A stretch of 64,000 nt of DNA from Podarcis erhardii (GCA_964252035.1 OZ176203.1); one strand, 5' to 3'; shown: positions 1 through 14,419, counted from the stretch's first letter. The notes: a model not told the origin generated them from the sequence alone. Made by a program: numbers and translations.

Positions 1-2105
1 GTAAGGACACATAGAGGACTTGCTCAGTGGCTGCCCACAATGATGGAACTGTTTCACTGGCATTTCACCAAAGCCAATGTATGTAGATTTTTTTAAACAG
101 CAGAATATATTTTCTAGGGGGCTGGAACTAAGCCAATAGGAAGCTACTTAAAATTACTGCCTATTTTGTTTTATGTGTTCAGTTGCCTATCCGTATAAGC
201 ATATTAGTTGTCTTGTGCTTTTAGGATTGGGTGACATACACAATTGTTTAGCATTTAGGAGAAAATGCTTCCCCATTGTTTGTCTTTTTTCAAAAGGCTA
301 TAACTGATATATGCCTTATGCTGTTGAAGTGATTTTAATTTAAGGCATCTAAAAGCAATAATTGTCAACTGTCCTCTAACACAGGCTCTGGTTATTTGTA
401 AAATAAGATATATTGAAGAGCTTTGTTTTCACAGTCATATTGGTGGGGCAAAGAACATAAGATGCAGCATTCTTGCTCATTGTAGTGAGTTAGCACAGTG
501 CTGAGGAACACAAATAATGCTCTTGATACAAACATATGGTTGAGGTTTCTAGCAGAAATAGGTCAGCCGTAAGCTCCACATAACCAACACTGTCCCTGCT
601 AAACTAAAAACAATTTCCTCTAGTTATATATGCCCTCCTATTTATTAATGCAGATTTTGAGCGCAGATTGCAAGTAACAAGATTTTGTTAATTTTTTTCA
701 TGCTTGAAAACTGATGTGCTGAAAATGTTAAGTTGTTGTTAAAACCCCCCTGAAAATTGTGTCTGGTGCACTTTCACTAGATTTCACAGCTCTACCCGTT
801 CAGTTTTTTTTATAAAAAGTGTGATGTAACCTTTCTACAGAACTGAACATTAATTTTTTTCAATCTAGACGGTTACGGACTTCACTTACGCTAAAAGTGA
901 TGGAGCCAACAATTTCATTAACTAAAGATTCAAGTAGGGCTTCTTAATAAGAACATAACATCTGTTGTTTAATCCCTCTTTGGGCCTGTTAGGTTGTTCT
1001 GCCATCTTTGTCATGAGATTAGGAGTAGGTTATGGGTTCAAATGGTCCTCACCATAACTCTTCCCCCACATCCAGAAACTGGTATCTCAACTGGCAGAGC
1101 TGATGGGTATTTTAACACATGTTCTCCTTACCCAGGATAATGAATCTTAGTGATGAGTGAGACTGGGATAACACCTGAACAGGCTCTTTGTTTCCTTCTC
1201 CTGCTGTTGCCTTTGGCTGTACTATTCCAGAACAAGCTCCATTGTCTCATTTGTCTCCCTTTCTTTCTTTAAAACCTACTTCTTCAACAGCACTTCAGGT
1301 ACCTTCAGTAGCAGGTATTTCCTGAACATTATCTCTTCCGTACATCCTGCCGTTAGCTCTTTCTCACTTTCATTTGCTGTGCTTAGTAGTTAAAATTAAC
1401 ATTTCTACTTTTTCAATATGTGGTGAAAAGTGCATTTCTACTTGAGACCCTTAAACACATTTCTGACCCTTTACTTAATTTCATCTGTAACACCAGTCAC
1501 ATGGTGCATGGTTTTCCAGCCCTTGTTTCGCTTATTCATTTCTATTTGTCCCTGCGGCATAGGGACAAGTAGCCCTGGAGGCTTCAGGTTTGCACATGTG
1601 TTCCCTTCCTTCACCTGGTTAAAGCAATATTGATGCTGAGGGGTGTGTGTGTGTGTGTGTGTGAAAGAGGCATATGTTCAGGCTGCACATTTTGCTAAAC
1701 AAAACGCAGCACAGTGTTACCTGTGCATATAACTATTGTTGTGGTAGGACATTTGTCATTCGTATCCTGCCCAGCACAGGTGCTTTTCACTCCCAAGTTG
1801 GTGAGAAATTGCAAAGTAGTCATCCTTATTTAGTGACCTACCACAGCAGCTTCTTCCTGTTTCACAGAAGTGTGTGTGTGTATTTAGGCAGGCAGAAGTA
1901 AAAACATTTCATTACATTACATTACACATATAAAAGATCACATGGAGATCATTACAAAAAAAATTAGCTTCACAGCACTATTAGGGCCACTTTTTTTAAG
2001 GAAAGGGCTGATTCTGAGAAGTAAAACTTTTTTGCGTCTTAAATTCCTGGGGTCAGGGAAGGGTCTGCAAAGCTGATAGTTTTAAATGATTATTCTTTTT
2101 CTTAG

Positions 2106-2227
2106 TTGCAGGCATGGATGGAGGTGCCCTGGCTGAAGCTAGTCTTACAGACTCCTACTTCAGCACCAGCTTCATCGGAGTTAATGGGTTTGGAAGTCCT
2201 GCTGAAGCAAAGTATCCTATGATGCAG
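2106..2227 (+). CDS. PAN3: PAN3 exon 2 (122 bp; AGMDGGALAEASLTDSYFSTSFIGVNGFGSPAEAKYPMMQ)
   Basis: cttag|...CAG|gtaata splice sites; peptide matches recalled human PAN3 MDGGALTDTSLTDSYFSTSFIGVNGFGSP. Confidence 0.95.
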
Positions 2228-3428
2228 GTAATATTTCATTTGGTAAGCAGCTAGGTTAAAATGTACCAAGGATTAAAAATATTTCTGCAGCAAATAAGTT
2301 TACTTCTAGCAGTAAAATTTCTGCTAATTTTAGATTTCTCTGGATTGCTGTATTTTATTACTTCACATGGAGCAGCAGTAAGTCAACTCTTCCAAACAAT
2401 CTAGGAATCAACACAGTGTTTCTAGGCGCCCAGTGCAGATTCTATCCCTTACTGCATGTAAGAAGCAATGGCTCCAATAGGAGATCCTATGTGAGTTTCA
2501 TCATGGAATCTCCTTCATTTAGGAAATGGGAGAAGTACTGTGCCCAATGAGGGAATTCTCAAGCCAGATATTGGTTTATGATCACTCTATATGCAGAGGG
2601 TTGGGAAAGGAGACATAGTAATTGAAAAAGGCCTTGGTAGGTTGGTTACTTTTGGGGCCTTTTTTATTTGTTTCCCAGAATGCAAATGATGATGCACCAC
2701 CTGTATACACATACTTTCCATCTGGTTCAGTCTGGGCTTTTTTTCTGCCCTTGAGCAGATCTGCAAAAGTGCTAGTTCTCTTACTTAGGAGTACTTCCCT
2801 CCCACAAAGAAATTGTCTTGTTGTCTGGTGGTACATAGGGATAATAAGTGCTGGACGTTTGACAGCCTGCTGTGTAGTGGTTAGAGATAGCTTTCTGTAA
2901 GAATTTTTTGTGTAATCATGTAGGCACCATCTGGTTTGAGTCCTTACAGCTTTGGATAGTTTTGTTTTGTTTTTTGAAGGGAGTTGGCACTTATCTTGGC
3001 TCACTGCTTCTGGCTATACCCATCCATTCTAACATATTGCAAACATTGGAGAGGCAGCAAGAGGTGGAGTGCAAGGGTTTATCCAGATCAACAGTTTTAA
3101 ATATCAATTTGCTACTTGTATGTGGTAGGGGAAGGCACAGTTCATGTTGCATCTCAGAATCTATCAGTATTCATATTCTTGCTTTTATATGTGTGTGAGC
3201 ATGTGCATAATCTTGTAAGGAATTAAACAGTGGGGGGCTTGGGTATGTTTGGTCTGGACTAAAGCCTTTGTTGTCTCATTTTCTGTAGATTTTCCTTTTC
3301 CTGTATATAACACACAGACACCCCACACACTCCAACTAAGCATTTATGGCATTGCACCCATCCTTCAAGCAGCTTACCTATTTTTTAATAAAAAATATTA
3401 AACCTGGCTTTTAGTTCTCCCTGTTCCT

Positions 3429-4022
3429 ATCATAGAATTGTAATGGGACCCTGAGGATCATCTAGTCTGTCCCACAGCAATGCAGGCATCTCAACTTAAA
3501 GCATCCAGGACAGATGGCCATCCAACCTCTGCTTAAAAACCTCTAAGGAAGGAGAGTCTACAAGCTCCCAAGGGAGTCCTTTCCACTGTTGAACAGCTCT
3601 TACTGGCTGAAAGTTCTTCCTGACGTTTAGTCGGAATCTCCTTTCTTGTAACTTGAATCCATTGGTTCAGATCCTACCCTCCAGAGCAGGAGAAAAGAAG
3701 CTTGCTCCATCATCTATATGACAGTCCTTTATATTTGAAGATAGCTATCATATCTCCTCTCAGTCTCCTCTTTTCCAGGCTAAACATACCCAGCTCCCTC
3801 AAACATTCTTCATATAAGGCTTGGTTTCCAGACCCTTAATCATCTTGATTGCCCTCCTCTTCACCCTTTCCTGCTTGTCAATATTCTTCTTAAATTGAGG
3901 TGCCCAGAATTGGACACAGTATTCCAGGTGTGGTCTAATCAAGGCAGAATAGATTGGTACTATTACTTCCCTTGACTTGGACACTATACTTCTGTCGATG
4001 CAACCTAGAATAGCATTAGTTT
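3429..4022 (-). mobile_element. CR1 LINE 3' fragment (RT C-terminus plus 3' UTR)
   Basis: ORF 3799-4035 [37 protein letters not shown] is the CR1 ORF2 C-terminus; ATTCTATGAT tail. Confidence 0.9.
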
Positions 4023-6485
4023 TCCATCCACGCAAATAAGATCATGTGGGTTTGAAGGTGTACTTGTGCAGTTGTGCATTTCCAGTGTTTATCCCAGAAA
4101 ATTTGTCAAAAAAACAAACACACCCCGCAAAAGCCTTCAGTTCCAGGGACAGGGTGCACATGTGTACAGGAAATGTGGAAAGACTTGTTAAAGGACAGTG
4201 ACAGATAAAAATGAAATGAAAAGTTACGACTGCCAGTGCAAACATACCCTAAAGAAGAGGTCATGAAATCCTCTGAAAGGAGAGGTAAATACAGTTGCAT
4301 TGAGGATTTAGAATAGGGAGTCAGTTCATAAAAAGTACACAGAAGGATGTACTGCATCAAGTAAAAACACCATTTTTGGTACCACACTACATCCTGAGGC
4401 TAGGCTAAATCATCTTGGATCATCCATTTAACTAAAGCCATGTTTCTTCCTCCCATCACATCACTGGTTCCCTCTGCTAATATAAGGAGAAATGTAGGTT
4501 GTTAAGTTGCTGACACAAAGATTCCCAATATGACTTTGGTTTATCCAGATAGCTTTTTGCCTTGTTATTCAGACAGATTTGTCCTTTAGCAGCAGAGACT
4601 CGCAGCTTTTTAACAGACCTGTGATAAAGTCTCTAGGGTGTACTATGTCACTAGCTCTGACGTTGGTTCATAGATCTACCCAGTAACATCAGTGAGGTTG
4701 CAGATTCACCATTGGTCTGATTTCTGAGACAAATTTATGCTGATTGGCTAATTACTTCATGCTTTCTTGCTTGTTGCTACTTGGTGGATCTGCAGTTGCA
4801 TCAGGGTTGCATCAGGGCAAATATTGTGTGTTTTGTGTAATTTTGTTCTTAATTTCATGTTTCTGTGCAGACTGAATTTTCAGAATTTTGTTCTCTAAAA
4901 TATTTGTTCACTCTCTACCTAGATTGTTTACCCTGTATGGTTAAATACAGCGAGGGCTAGAAATCTGATATCACAGCTTACTGTGTTTGAATAGAAAGAT
5001 AATATAAAGTAGGTGATTGTCAATTCAGTACTAATGTCAGTAATTTCGTTAGTTGAATTGGCATAAGCAATCTGTAGTGTGTAGCAGTAATTTTAGATGA
5101 TCTCAGTTGGAATGCAGGTTTTATATTGGATTTAGTGCCCATAATAACACTGACCATTTGGTGACTTATTTGGGAGTGTAAGGCCACTTAATTGAAAAGT
5201 AATACTTATCAATTTTGTAGCTGAAAAGGGACTGGTGTGAGTTTTCTGTCATAGGTTACAGGATGGTGGGTAGGGGAAGAAAGACAGCAGCAGAGCCATG
5301 ACCCATCGTGAGAGTGGGTCCTATTTATGTGGTAGTGGCAGGCAATGCTCCCAGGTGAGACCTTACTGTTTCTGAGAATGAGTGGCAAAGTAAGAAGTTA
5401 CCTCTTGGACTAAGGGATACAAGTCTAAGAACGCAGGGGAGAGGCCACTGTTTCCGGAGAAGCAAAATATTGGGTGTGCTATGAAAGAGTCTGCAGGTAG
5501 GATGTGCTTGGGTGTGAAATCGAGGTGTGAAATTGAAAGATACTGGGAGGGTTGGCCTTGTGTGGGTTTTGCAAGTTTTTTTGGCTTTGTAAAGTCTAAA
5601 ACGAGACATACTGTACACCACGTTGAGACTTCTGGATAGTGCATCCCAAAGTCAGTTGACGTTTTTACAAGTGTCTACTGTACTCCCAAGATTTAAGCAT
5701 TTTAGAAGTCTTAATTTTAAGTAGTCTTTGCAATAATTTTATTTAGATTTGACTGCTTAATAATACTGAATAGGAGAAATTATGACTTTTTCCTCTACCA
5801 AAGAGTGAATCCCAGAAAGATTTGCATCCTTGGAATAATTTGCTCTTTCATATGACATATCTCATTTTCACATGACATATCTCATGTCTCTAATGTGGCC
5901 TGTTCCATAACATGCCTTTTTCTATGGTCACCTAATGACTGCTGATAGTGTCTGCATTTCAAATAATAATCTGATGTTATGGAATAGCAGCCTGGCCCTA
6001 TTGCATAAGAAGGCACTTTCAGACCCTGAGTCTGCATGCAAGGTGGGGTGGGCAGGATAAGGAAGTATCGTACAGTAGTAGTAGTTGTAACATCGTCGTC
6101 ATCATCATCATTACTCACCCTGTACCCTAAGGTACCAGGGCAGATGTCAAAAAAATGTTTGATATTTTGGAATGTGTGTGTAAACTTCTGCAAGAAAAGT
6201 AGTTGGTAAAACATATATTTGCTGAAACCACCCTGATTCTTTTTCACAAGGGTTGTTCTTCTCTATGAGAAATAATTCTACTTTAATGCTTTCTATCAAT
6301 TTACCTAGAATCTAAGCTAACTGTCCTGAAATGTTTTGACTTCTCCTGTCTCAGTTTTTTTAGCTGCTTTATGATGGCCATTTCCCAGTTTTCCAGTAAG
6401 AAGGTTGATTTTCCTGCCTCATTGTGAACTTTTGTTAGGATAGCAGCAATGTTCACACAGATGAGTCCTTGAGCAGTAGGGTGTA

Positions 6486-6710
6486 TGAACATTAGAAGAG
6501 TGAGCTGGATCAGGCCCAGCAGCCCATCTAGTCCAGCGTCCTGTTATCACAGGGGCCAAGTGGATGACTGTGGAAAGTCTGAAAGCTGGACCTGAGGAGA
6601 ACAACGCTCTCCATACTTGTGATTCTCAGTAACTGACATTATGCCTCCAACTGTGGAGATCGAACTTAGTCATTGGCTAGTAACTGTTGATATCCTTATG
6701 CTTCATGAAA
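6486..6710 (-). mobile_element. Degenerate CR1 3' end
   Basis: gaacattagaagag..ctggatcaggcc..cccatctagtccagc pattern typical of squamate CR1 3' UTRs. Confidence 0.6.
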
Positions 6711-8062
6711 GCTGTCCGGTGATGCATTTAGTATTTGTCAGTTAGCTGTAGAACTTTACCTCTGTTTGATTCCATTCTTCAGATGTTAGCCCTGAAAAGA
6801 TACATTCAGGCATGGGTTTCAGTCAAGCATTTTCAGCAGTGAAGGCTGATGCAAAGATATAAGCTTCTCTGCAATCACCCTGTTCTCCCTTAGCTTCTGT
6901 TTTGTCATCTAACAATCCAACTAGCTCCCTGGCTGTCTTAAATGTTACAGCAAGCCTTCCAAAGTTGAGGAAGAATCGTTTGGGTCTTCCTTTATTTACA
7001 TTGTCTGCAAGGATAATCTATATTGTAATCTATAAAATCTGTGAATTAACTAATTTTCACATGCTGGTTATTTTGAATATTTTTAGGTAATTGGGGAGGG
7101 GGAAACACATGTATATTGAAGTCCCATTGACCACTGGAACTCTGATTCAGCTCTTCACCTGTGGATTATACCAGTCATTTTCTACATATGTCCAAGCCTT
7201 TTTGAGCCAAAGAAACAATGACTTGCTTTTTCTTAAAAAGAGCAGCATTGCTGTATCAACATAGAATTGCAGAATAAACATAGCTCTGTTCAAGGACCAA
7301 TGATTTGAGAAATTGCTAATTGGTACTTTTCTGGCTCTGTGTTGATTGGATAAAACTGTTAAACTTAATGAGAGCTATATGTGTAGAAAGTTGTTTTAGA
7401 GAAAATAAGACCCCTTAAATGTTGGATCTTATATTTTGCCTGTAGCTTCTGAATGATAGGCATTTTTTGAGGTTTTATTGTCTTTAGCCTGAAATCTAAA
7501 TAGGCCATTATGACCTATTTGGATCCATAGCAACAGTGTGTTGCATCCTGAATCATACAAATTCAGAAGGATCAACATGGAAGTGAGCGGTGTCTGTATG
7601 GAAGTTAAGAAAAGGGTTTGTGGTTTAGTTTTTTGATGCAGATTTTTGTTTTTACAGTATATGCTGACTAGTGGTGAACACTCTTGTCTTTTACTCTGAT
7701 AGTCCCAAATAGTTCTAACTCTCTTAAACTCCAGATCTACTTTCATTAGGATTCTAGGCCCCATTTTTCAACTCTGTTTTGATAAGGGAGTGCCCTTGGC
7801 TCAATAGAAAGTAACACATACCCCCAACACAATTTCAGGAGTCTCACTTGGCCTTCTGTTGAACCTGTTTTCTTTTTATCTGGGTACAAGCAACCCCTGA
7901 TTTGTGCAGGGGATGCGTTCCGATTCATCATGCACAATGGTATAGCCCATATAAGCCTGCTTGGCCTCTTCTGCCCCCACCTCCACTTCACCCCCTTTTC
8001 CAGCCACTTCCAGGTTACTGTGATGCTTGCATGTGAGGTTGCGCACATATTGAACATCTGTA

Positions 8063-8304
8063 CAGTGGTACCTCGGGTTAAGAACTTAATTCGTTCCGGA
8101 GGTCCATTCTTAACCTGAAACTGTTCTTAACCTGAGGTACCACTTTAGCTAATGGGGCCTCCCACTGCTGCCGCACCACCACTATGCGATTTCTGTTCTC
8201 ATCCTGAGGTAAAGTTCTTAACCTGAGGTACTATTTCTGGGTTAGCGGAGTTTGTAGCCTGAAGCGTCTGTAACCTGAAGCGTCTGTAACCCGGGGTACC
8301 ACTG
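8063..8304. mobile_element. Tc1/mariner (Tigger-like) MITE, 242 bp
   Basis: TIR CAGTGGTACCTCGGGTTA / TAACCCGGGGTACCACTG, TA TSD on both sides; second copy at 59553-59778. Confidence 0.9.
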
Positions 8305-8820
8305 TATATCAATTGTTGCCTGTACTTCTAATGGATTCAGGGAAGTTTAGGATACATATCTGTCTACTGATACATGGAATTTGTTTAGGCAATTTTCACT
8401 TATTCCTCCTTCTCCCTGTGACCCCTGAAAAACCTCTTCAGTAAATTAGGGGATCCTCCAGAATCGGTAGCAAGAATTAGCAAAACTTTCCCCTACGGCA
8501 CGAGCTTCTCTTAGTTTAGAGTCACATCTGTGGAACGAAAACCCTGGATCCAACTCGATGTTTACATAATGTTCTTGGCTAAATGAAAATCAGTGTTTAC
8601 TTGGTATGACTTTATATTAATTGTTTTAACTAGTAGCTAAATGCTTCCTATAGCTTTTTATTTGGACACACCAATTTGTGGAGTCACAGAAAGCTAACAC
8701 TTTGATTAGCATTATATTTAACCATATATTTATTCATCCATTTTCAGTGTATGGGCTAAAACTGCACATGATCCCTATTGTTGTATTCACCATGCAATTT
8801 TTCTTTTTCTTTTTCTGCAG

Positions 8821-8887
8821 AGGATGACAAATAGCAGCAGTTCCCCTAGCCTTCTTAATGACAGTGCCAAGCCCTATGCAGGCCACG
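8821..8887 (+). CDS. PAN3: PAN3 exon 3 (67 bp; RMTNSSSSPSLLNDSAKPYAGH)
   Basis: polypyrimidine tract+cag acceptor, G|gtaaga donor; frame continuous with exons 2 and 4. Confidence 0.95.
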
Positions 8888-9439
8888 GTAAGAAGTTGAC
8901 TTTCTTAACAAAAAAATATTTAATATTTAACAATATGTTTATGTTAATATTTAGCAATATTAATGTTAAGCTATTTTTATGGGGGCAAAGCTTTCAATCG
9001 TTAATGTGGTTGCAATATCTTTAGATTCTTATTTTGATTTTATTTAAAGTGTTTGTATCCTGCCTCTTTCAACAAGTGAGCTCAGTTTTAATTATCATTA
9101 ATGCTTATAATCACCATTTTGTTTTGCTTGCTTTCCATATGTTACTCTGCAACATGTGATATTAAAAAAAGGCAGATTAAATATTTGAACAAAATTCTTG
9201 GGAGCAATCTTTGGCCAGTATTCAAAGAGTTACTTGAGATAAGCCTAAGGGCTTGGGCATGCACAGAGAAATTGCTGTAAAGAGCATAGGCCCTACCTTC
9301 ATAAATTACATTTTAGAGCCACATAGTAAAACAATCTGCTAACAAGCAAGACATGTTTCCTAAACAGTCATCCACTTTGGTTGAAAATGGAAAGCTATTT
9401 TGGTTCTTGTGACCATCTTTTCTGGATTCATCTCGGTTG

Positions 9440-9744
9440 GGGTTTAGGCCCAGCTGTGTGATGTATGGAGGATGGCAGCACGAGAGTCAGCCTTTTCTGT
9501 GGTGTCTCACCATTTGCGGAATCCTCTCCCCTGGGAGGCTCACCTGGTGCCTACATTTCATATATTACATATATTCTCTGCAACCAGTGCTTTGGCTGAT
9601 TACCATTCTATGGCCTTTTAAATGTTTTTGTGGGAGGGGGTTTATTAGTTTGTTTCTGTTTTATTATGTATTTTGTGTTATCATTTTGTATTTTTATGTT
9701 GTGAACCACCCTGTGATCTTTGGATGAATCAATCAGTCAGTCAG

Positions 9745-9780
<36 letters not shown>
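9440..9780 (+). mobile_element. LINE 3' remnant (L2-type) ending in a (TCAA)n tail
   Basis: gcagcacgagagtcagccttttctgtggtg...gtgaaccaccctgtgatc 3' motif followed by microsatellite 9726-9780. Confidence 0.55.
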
Positions 9781-9781
<1 letters not shown>

Positions 9782-10530
9782 CAAATATTCCTTTCCCCCT
9801 GGGCATTTCATTAAAACAATTTAGGAGGCAGACTGTTGTAGAGTCATGGGCATCCCATATAACCTGTTTGTATTTTAATGACATTTAATAATCACCTACG
9901 CAAGTGTTTATGTTATAGGTGTAGCCAGTTCTGTCTGTAATCCTTTAAGCGCCTGTCCATGGGAAACATATGCCATCAAGCAGCTGTATGAATTTACTTT
10001 TCTAACAATTCCTACCATCAGTGCTAGGAACCTTCAGTTGTGCTTCTTTTCCATATGGGAGCCACTTATAAGTAAACAAGGAAGATTTTAAGGGATGTGT
10101 ACATTAATTTTGAGAGCTTAAGATTGCAGAGGACATCATGCAGAATTATCCGGTAGTTGAGAAACTTCGACTTAAAGCACACACAACTCTGAATTAATTA
10201 ACGTATGTCAATGCTAAGTTAACTTCTGCTTTCAATAGGACTTAAATGCTGATATTGATAAAACATAGCCTCTATACAAGTAATCTACTAAACTAGCCCT
10301 TGTATTCCAAAGTCCAAAGAAATTTATAAGCACCACAGTTTTACAGGGCATAGTGATTGTTAACAGAGTGGGAAAGTTAATTCCACTGAACATGCACAGT
10401 TCCTTAGGCACATGCCAAATTATTTTCTGGCTCTACTTTGCAGATTTCAAACACTAACAATGTTATTATATTATATTTAAAATATATTATTATTTTATAT
10501 CTGTATGTGTTTTGTAACCTTTTTTTCTAG

Positions 10531-10601
10531 ATTCTCTTACTTCACCTGGTTCATCCTTGTTCAACGACTTTGCTGCCCTCAGCTTATCTCAAAGGAGAAA
10601 A
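10531..10601 (+). CDS. PAN3: PAN3 exon 4 (71 bp; SLTSPGSSLFNDFAALSLSQRRK)
   Basis: ttctag acceptor, gtaggt donor; matches PAN3 SLFNDFGALNISQRRK. Confidence 0.95.
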
Positions 10602-10833
10602 GTAGGTATTGCCAGAGTTTCTAGATAACAAAAAAGCCACTTGCTTTATTACACACAGCAACTGATAGCTTACACAGTAGCATCAATTATATATATGGCC
10701 ATATGTAATGCACATTTCTGGGCATGCATTTAAGTTCATTTACACAATTGCTTGTAATTGTCTAGATCAGTGCACTCTAACTTGATCCTCTGCCCCTCAC
10801 AATACAAGCAATGCCTTTCTACAATGTTCTATT

Positions 10834-10941
10834 CAGTGCAGTTTTTTTAGAAATAGAGGTGTCGGAACTCACCATGAATGAATGGCAATGGCACTCACCT
10901 GAGAGGTGCTGGAACTGAGTTCCAGCTGAATAAAAGCCCTG
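10834..10941. mobile_element. hAT MITE, 108 bp
   Basis: CAG...CCCTG ends; perfect 8-bp TSD GTTCTATT (10826-10833, 10942-10949). Confidence 0.8.
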
Positions 10942-12342
10942 GTTCTATTGCAATTTGTGGTAAAGACAACATCTTCAAATAGGTGTCTATCAACTTTTAT
11001 TCCAAACAACTCTTGATAAATCCGCTATTTAAGGAGAAAACTTCCTGCAGTAGTCACATTACATAGAGCCATGAAAAATCTGTAAACCATAGACTGAGTA
11101 GTTTTTACTCTACCCCCTGCAGAGAATTTTAAAATTGTGATCATTAAATGCCCACCAACTTATCAAAGCAGTCACTTTCCCTTTATTGAACTTCTGGGGG
11201 TTTCTGTTGTAAAATTTTCAAGATTAGTTAGCTTTTCTTTGCTTGTGAAAATTGCAATAAGAAACCAACATTTACAATTTAATATTATGCCATGTCCTCT
11301 TTATTGCTTTCCCAAGTAACAATCTTTTATGTGCCACTTCATTAAATGAATGCTGTTCTTTGCTGATATTGAAACTTCTGATCTCAAGACTTCACATTAC
11401 AAAAAAAAAAAAAAAAAAAAGAGTTAAGACATTTTTTGTCTTCCCTAGGCAAGGTTTGACAAAGTCTGGGACATTGGCCAAAACTGATTGGTCCCCAAGC
11501 ACCTTTTCCCTTACTCTTTTCGGCTGTAATATATTAAAGTACAGTAAAAAAATAATGGTTCATTCTCAAGGGAACCTAAGTTTAACAGTATAATTAGCAG
11601 AAGATTTTTATTGGCTGAATAGAGAATAACAAATAATTTGACTGCTGTCACAAACCGAAGTGACTTTTGGGCTTCTTGTTCTTTGGGTTGATACAGGCAG
11701 TAGTTTGTTTTAATGCCCCACTGTCCTATCTGTGTATATATAATTTTGCAGGTTTTTGAAGCATTGCAAAAACAAGTTTGATTTTTAGCAAAGACATATG
11801 GAGGGAAAATGCAAGTGTGTCTGTGCAGGTGGTGATTGCTTTATTATAACTTCAGAGAACACACAAGACCACTAACAGGGTTTTCATCCCATCTAAAAGT
11901 ATGTGAAGGCATAGTTTGCATAAATAAATCCTTCTAAGAGAGAAATACACATGTGCTTGGATAATTGCAATTGCTCAAATAAAAGTCACTGTGATGTGCA
12001 AGTCATGATGACTGTGTGTACATCCCTAGGTAGGGGTGCTGACTCATACAAATGAGGTTTTGACTCCTGGCCTTATTGCAAGCCCATCAACAGCCTCACA
12101 CACTCAAGGAGGTGGTTGGATAATTGCCACTGAATGTACAAAGCCAGTTTGGGGACCCTGAACAATATACTCCCACACAAGCATTGCACCATTTACTTCA
12201 TTCGCAAAATAGCTTCTGGGTAATACATTTCAAGATTAGGGCGTTAGGTTGTCAGCGATTTAAATAACACGGATTTATGAACAGTTAACTGTCAGAATGT
12301 TATACTAAGATCTGCTGCCACTGAAACAACGGGGATAATTAG

Positions 12343-12517
12343 CAGGGGTGGACTTTGGTAATATGGCACCATAAGTGAGGACATAATTTGGCGCCCTCCC
12401 ACATCTTGGTTTCCGTTCTGCACATCCTCTAAAGTGCAGTACGTCATAGTTTTGCGTCCTCCTGGCTCGGCTTTCCTGTGTAGGAGAGCTGCACGTACCA
12501 CCCTAAATCCGGTGCTG
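12343..12517. mobile_element. Degenerate hAT-like MITE
   Basis: CAGGGGTGGA.. left end and ..CTAAATCCGGTGCTG right end, flanked by TAATTAG(C) repeats. Confidence 0.45.
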
Positions 12518-14419
12518 TAATTAGCTGCCTGTTAATGTTGTGCACTGACATTTAAGCCAGTAGAATATAGGAAGTTTTGATTGTTAAGCCCCTCTGTGGT
12601 GCATATGGCAGACTCAAGTGTTAAGTGCATTGCAGTTTTTGTTCTGTTACACTCTTGTTTTTATTTTGTAGGAGAAATTTGCTGTTCTGTGCAATTAGGG
12701 TGCACTGTTGTGGTTCGGAAGGCGTGAATTTTTTTTAAGATCTGAGGAGCTTTTCTGTAAAAACCGTCTTCTTTCCTTGTGGAAACATTTTGGATGGATG
12801 ATTTTGCTTGAATCTCTTGTGTCCTAAAAGCTGGGCAAATAAAGCCTACAGTGATGGAATTAGCATTCTTTATAGTAGGAGTAGTGGTGGGTCTTGGTGC
12901 TATAAAAGAGGCAAAAAGACATTTTTATTTTAAAAGGGTTATTTGAGATTTAAAACATCACTGCAATAACTCTGCTTTTTTGGTTATCTTTGTAATTTGA
13001 GACTAGCGTGTACAAGTTTCAAGCAGAAGGAAAATTGAAGTTACTTTAAGTTGTCTTTCTGGTCTGCGGTTTCACAGCAGCCAAAGTTTTTGTGGAAGGA
13101 TGGCATTCAAGTTTCTTAGTTAATGGCTTCAGTTGCCTGTGCGCCTTTACTCATAATTGAGGGATTGGGTCACAGGATTGTGCTATTTGTCTACTAGTCC
13201 CTTCTGTCTCACTCATGTACAGCCAAATTAGTGGTAAGAATGCTCAGTTTTGGTACAAAAGTAGCTACAAATTGTGCTTAAGTGTGTGACATGCGGGATA
13301 CACACACAAGAAAAAAGCACGTTATATTGTAGCCATTCCCGTCCTTTTAATTATTGCTAATGACTGGTATGCATTATAGCTTCATTGAGTTTTCCATGTG
13401 CAGCATATCAAAAGCCAGGATTTTGGTTGTTCAACCTGTTATGTCTTCAGTTACGTTGCAGATGGAGGAAATACTGATCACTAAGGATGTGTTGTGAAAT
13501 TGAATTTGCATTTTTGGCTTTGCAATTTGTGTCTCAACATTTTAAAAATGTGGTCTTTTAAAGAATGTTGAGAGAGGCAACTTTAATCTATTGTTCCATC
13601 ACTTAAAATGAAATATGTCTCATAGCCTAAGAGTTAAAATTTAACTCTATACTTAAAAATCCACCAGAAATTAACTCTTTTCTCTGACTTCTAATATTTA
13701 TCTTCACATTTTCAATTATTCTCAACCATTGGGGCCATAGCTGTATAAGACATAAGACAGTGATAGCTAAAACCGTTCCAGGTTTTGCAACTCTTGAGTG
13801 AATCGCCCCCATTCCAGTGTCTCATATTGCCAAATGCTGAGCAGCATAACACCATAGCATGGATTAGTAACTAATCAAGAGTTGATCAGCATGTTTCCCC
13901 TTTTTCACGTTGGTGTTTTACTGCTTCCTCTTTTCAGTTGTATATATGCCAATTGTACCCCAGAATATAGGTAATACAAGCATGTTAGAGTTCTATCCCC
14001 CCTTGGCATGCATGTAGAACTGTTTTTGGAAATGTGTTCAATCATGTCAACCCCTCACATGCAGTCTGAAGTGGCAAGACCAGGCACATTTTACTCCATC
14101 ACCTATTTCTTGTGAGAACAAGGTCACAATATTAGCACTACTTATCCAGTTCTGTTGTTGGTTGTTTAGTCATTAACTACGAAGGTTGCTAAATTGGGCC
14201 ATGTTATCACTTTATCCAGTTTAAGCTGAGTATTGGTTTTTCTACAGTTTTTGGGCTCCCAGCTTAATCATAGCCAATGAGGTTAATCCAAGGCATAATT
14301 ATTGCTAGTTGAAAATTTCCCCATCTTTCATTGATACATACTTGTTACTGAATAAATATGGACTACGCTGAAATTGCCAAACCCAAGGCAAATCCAGTTT
14401 CTCATTTTATCTGTTTCTA

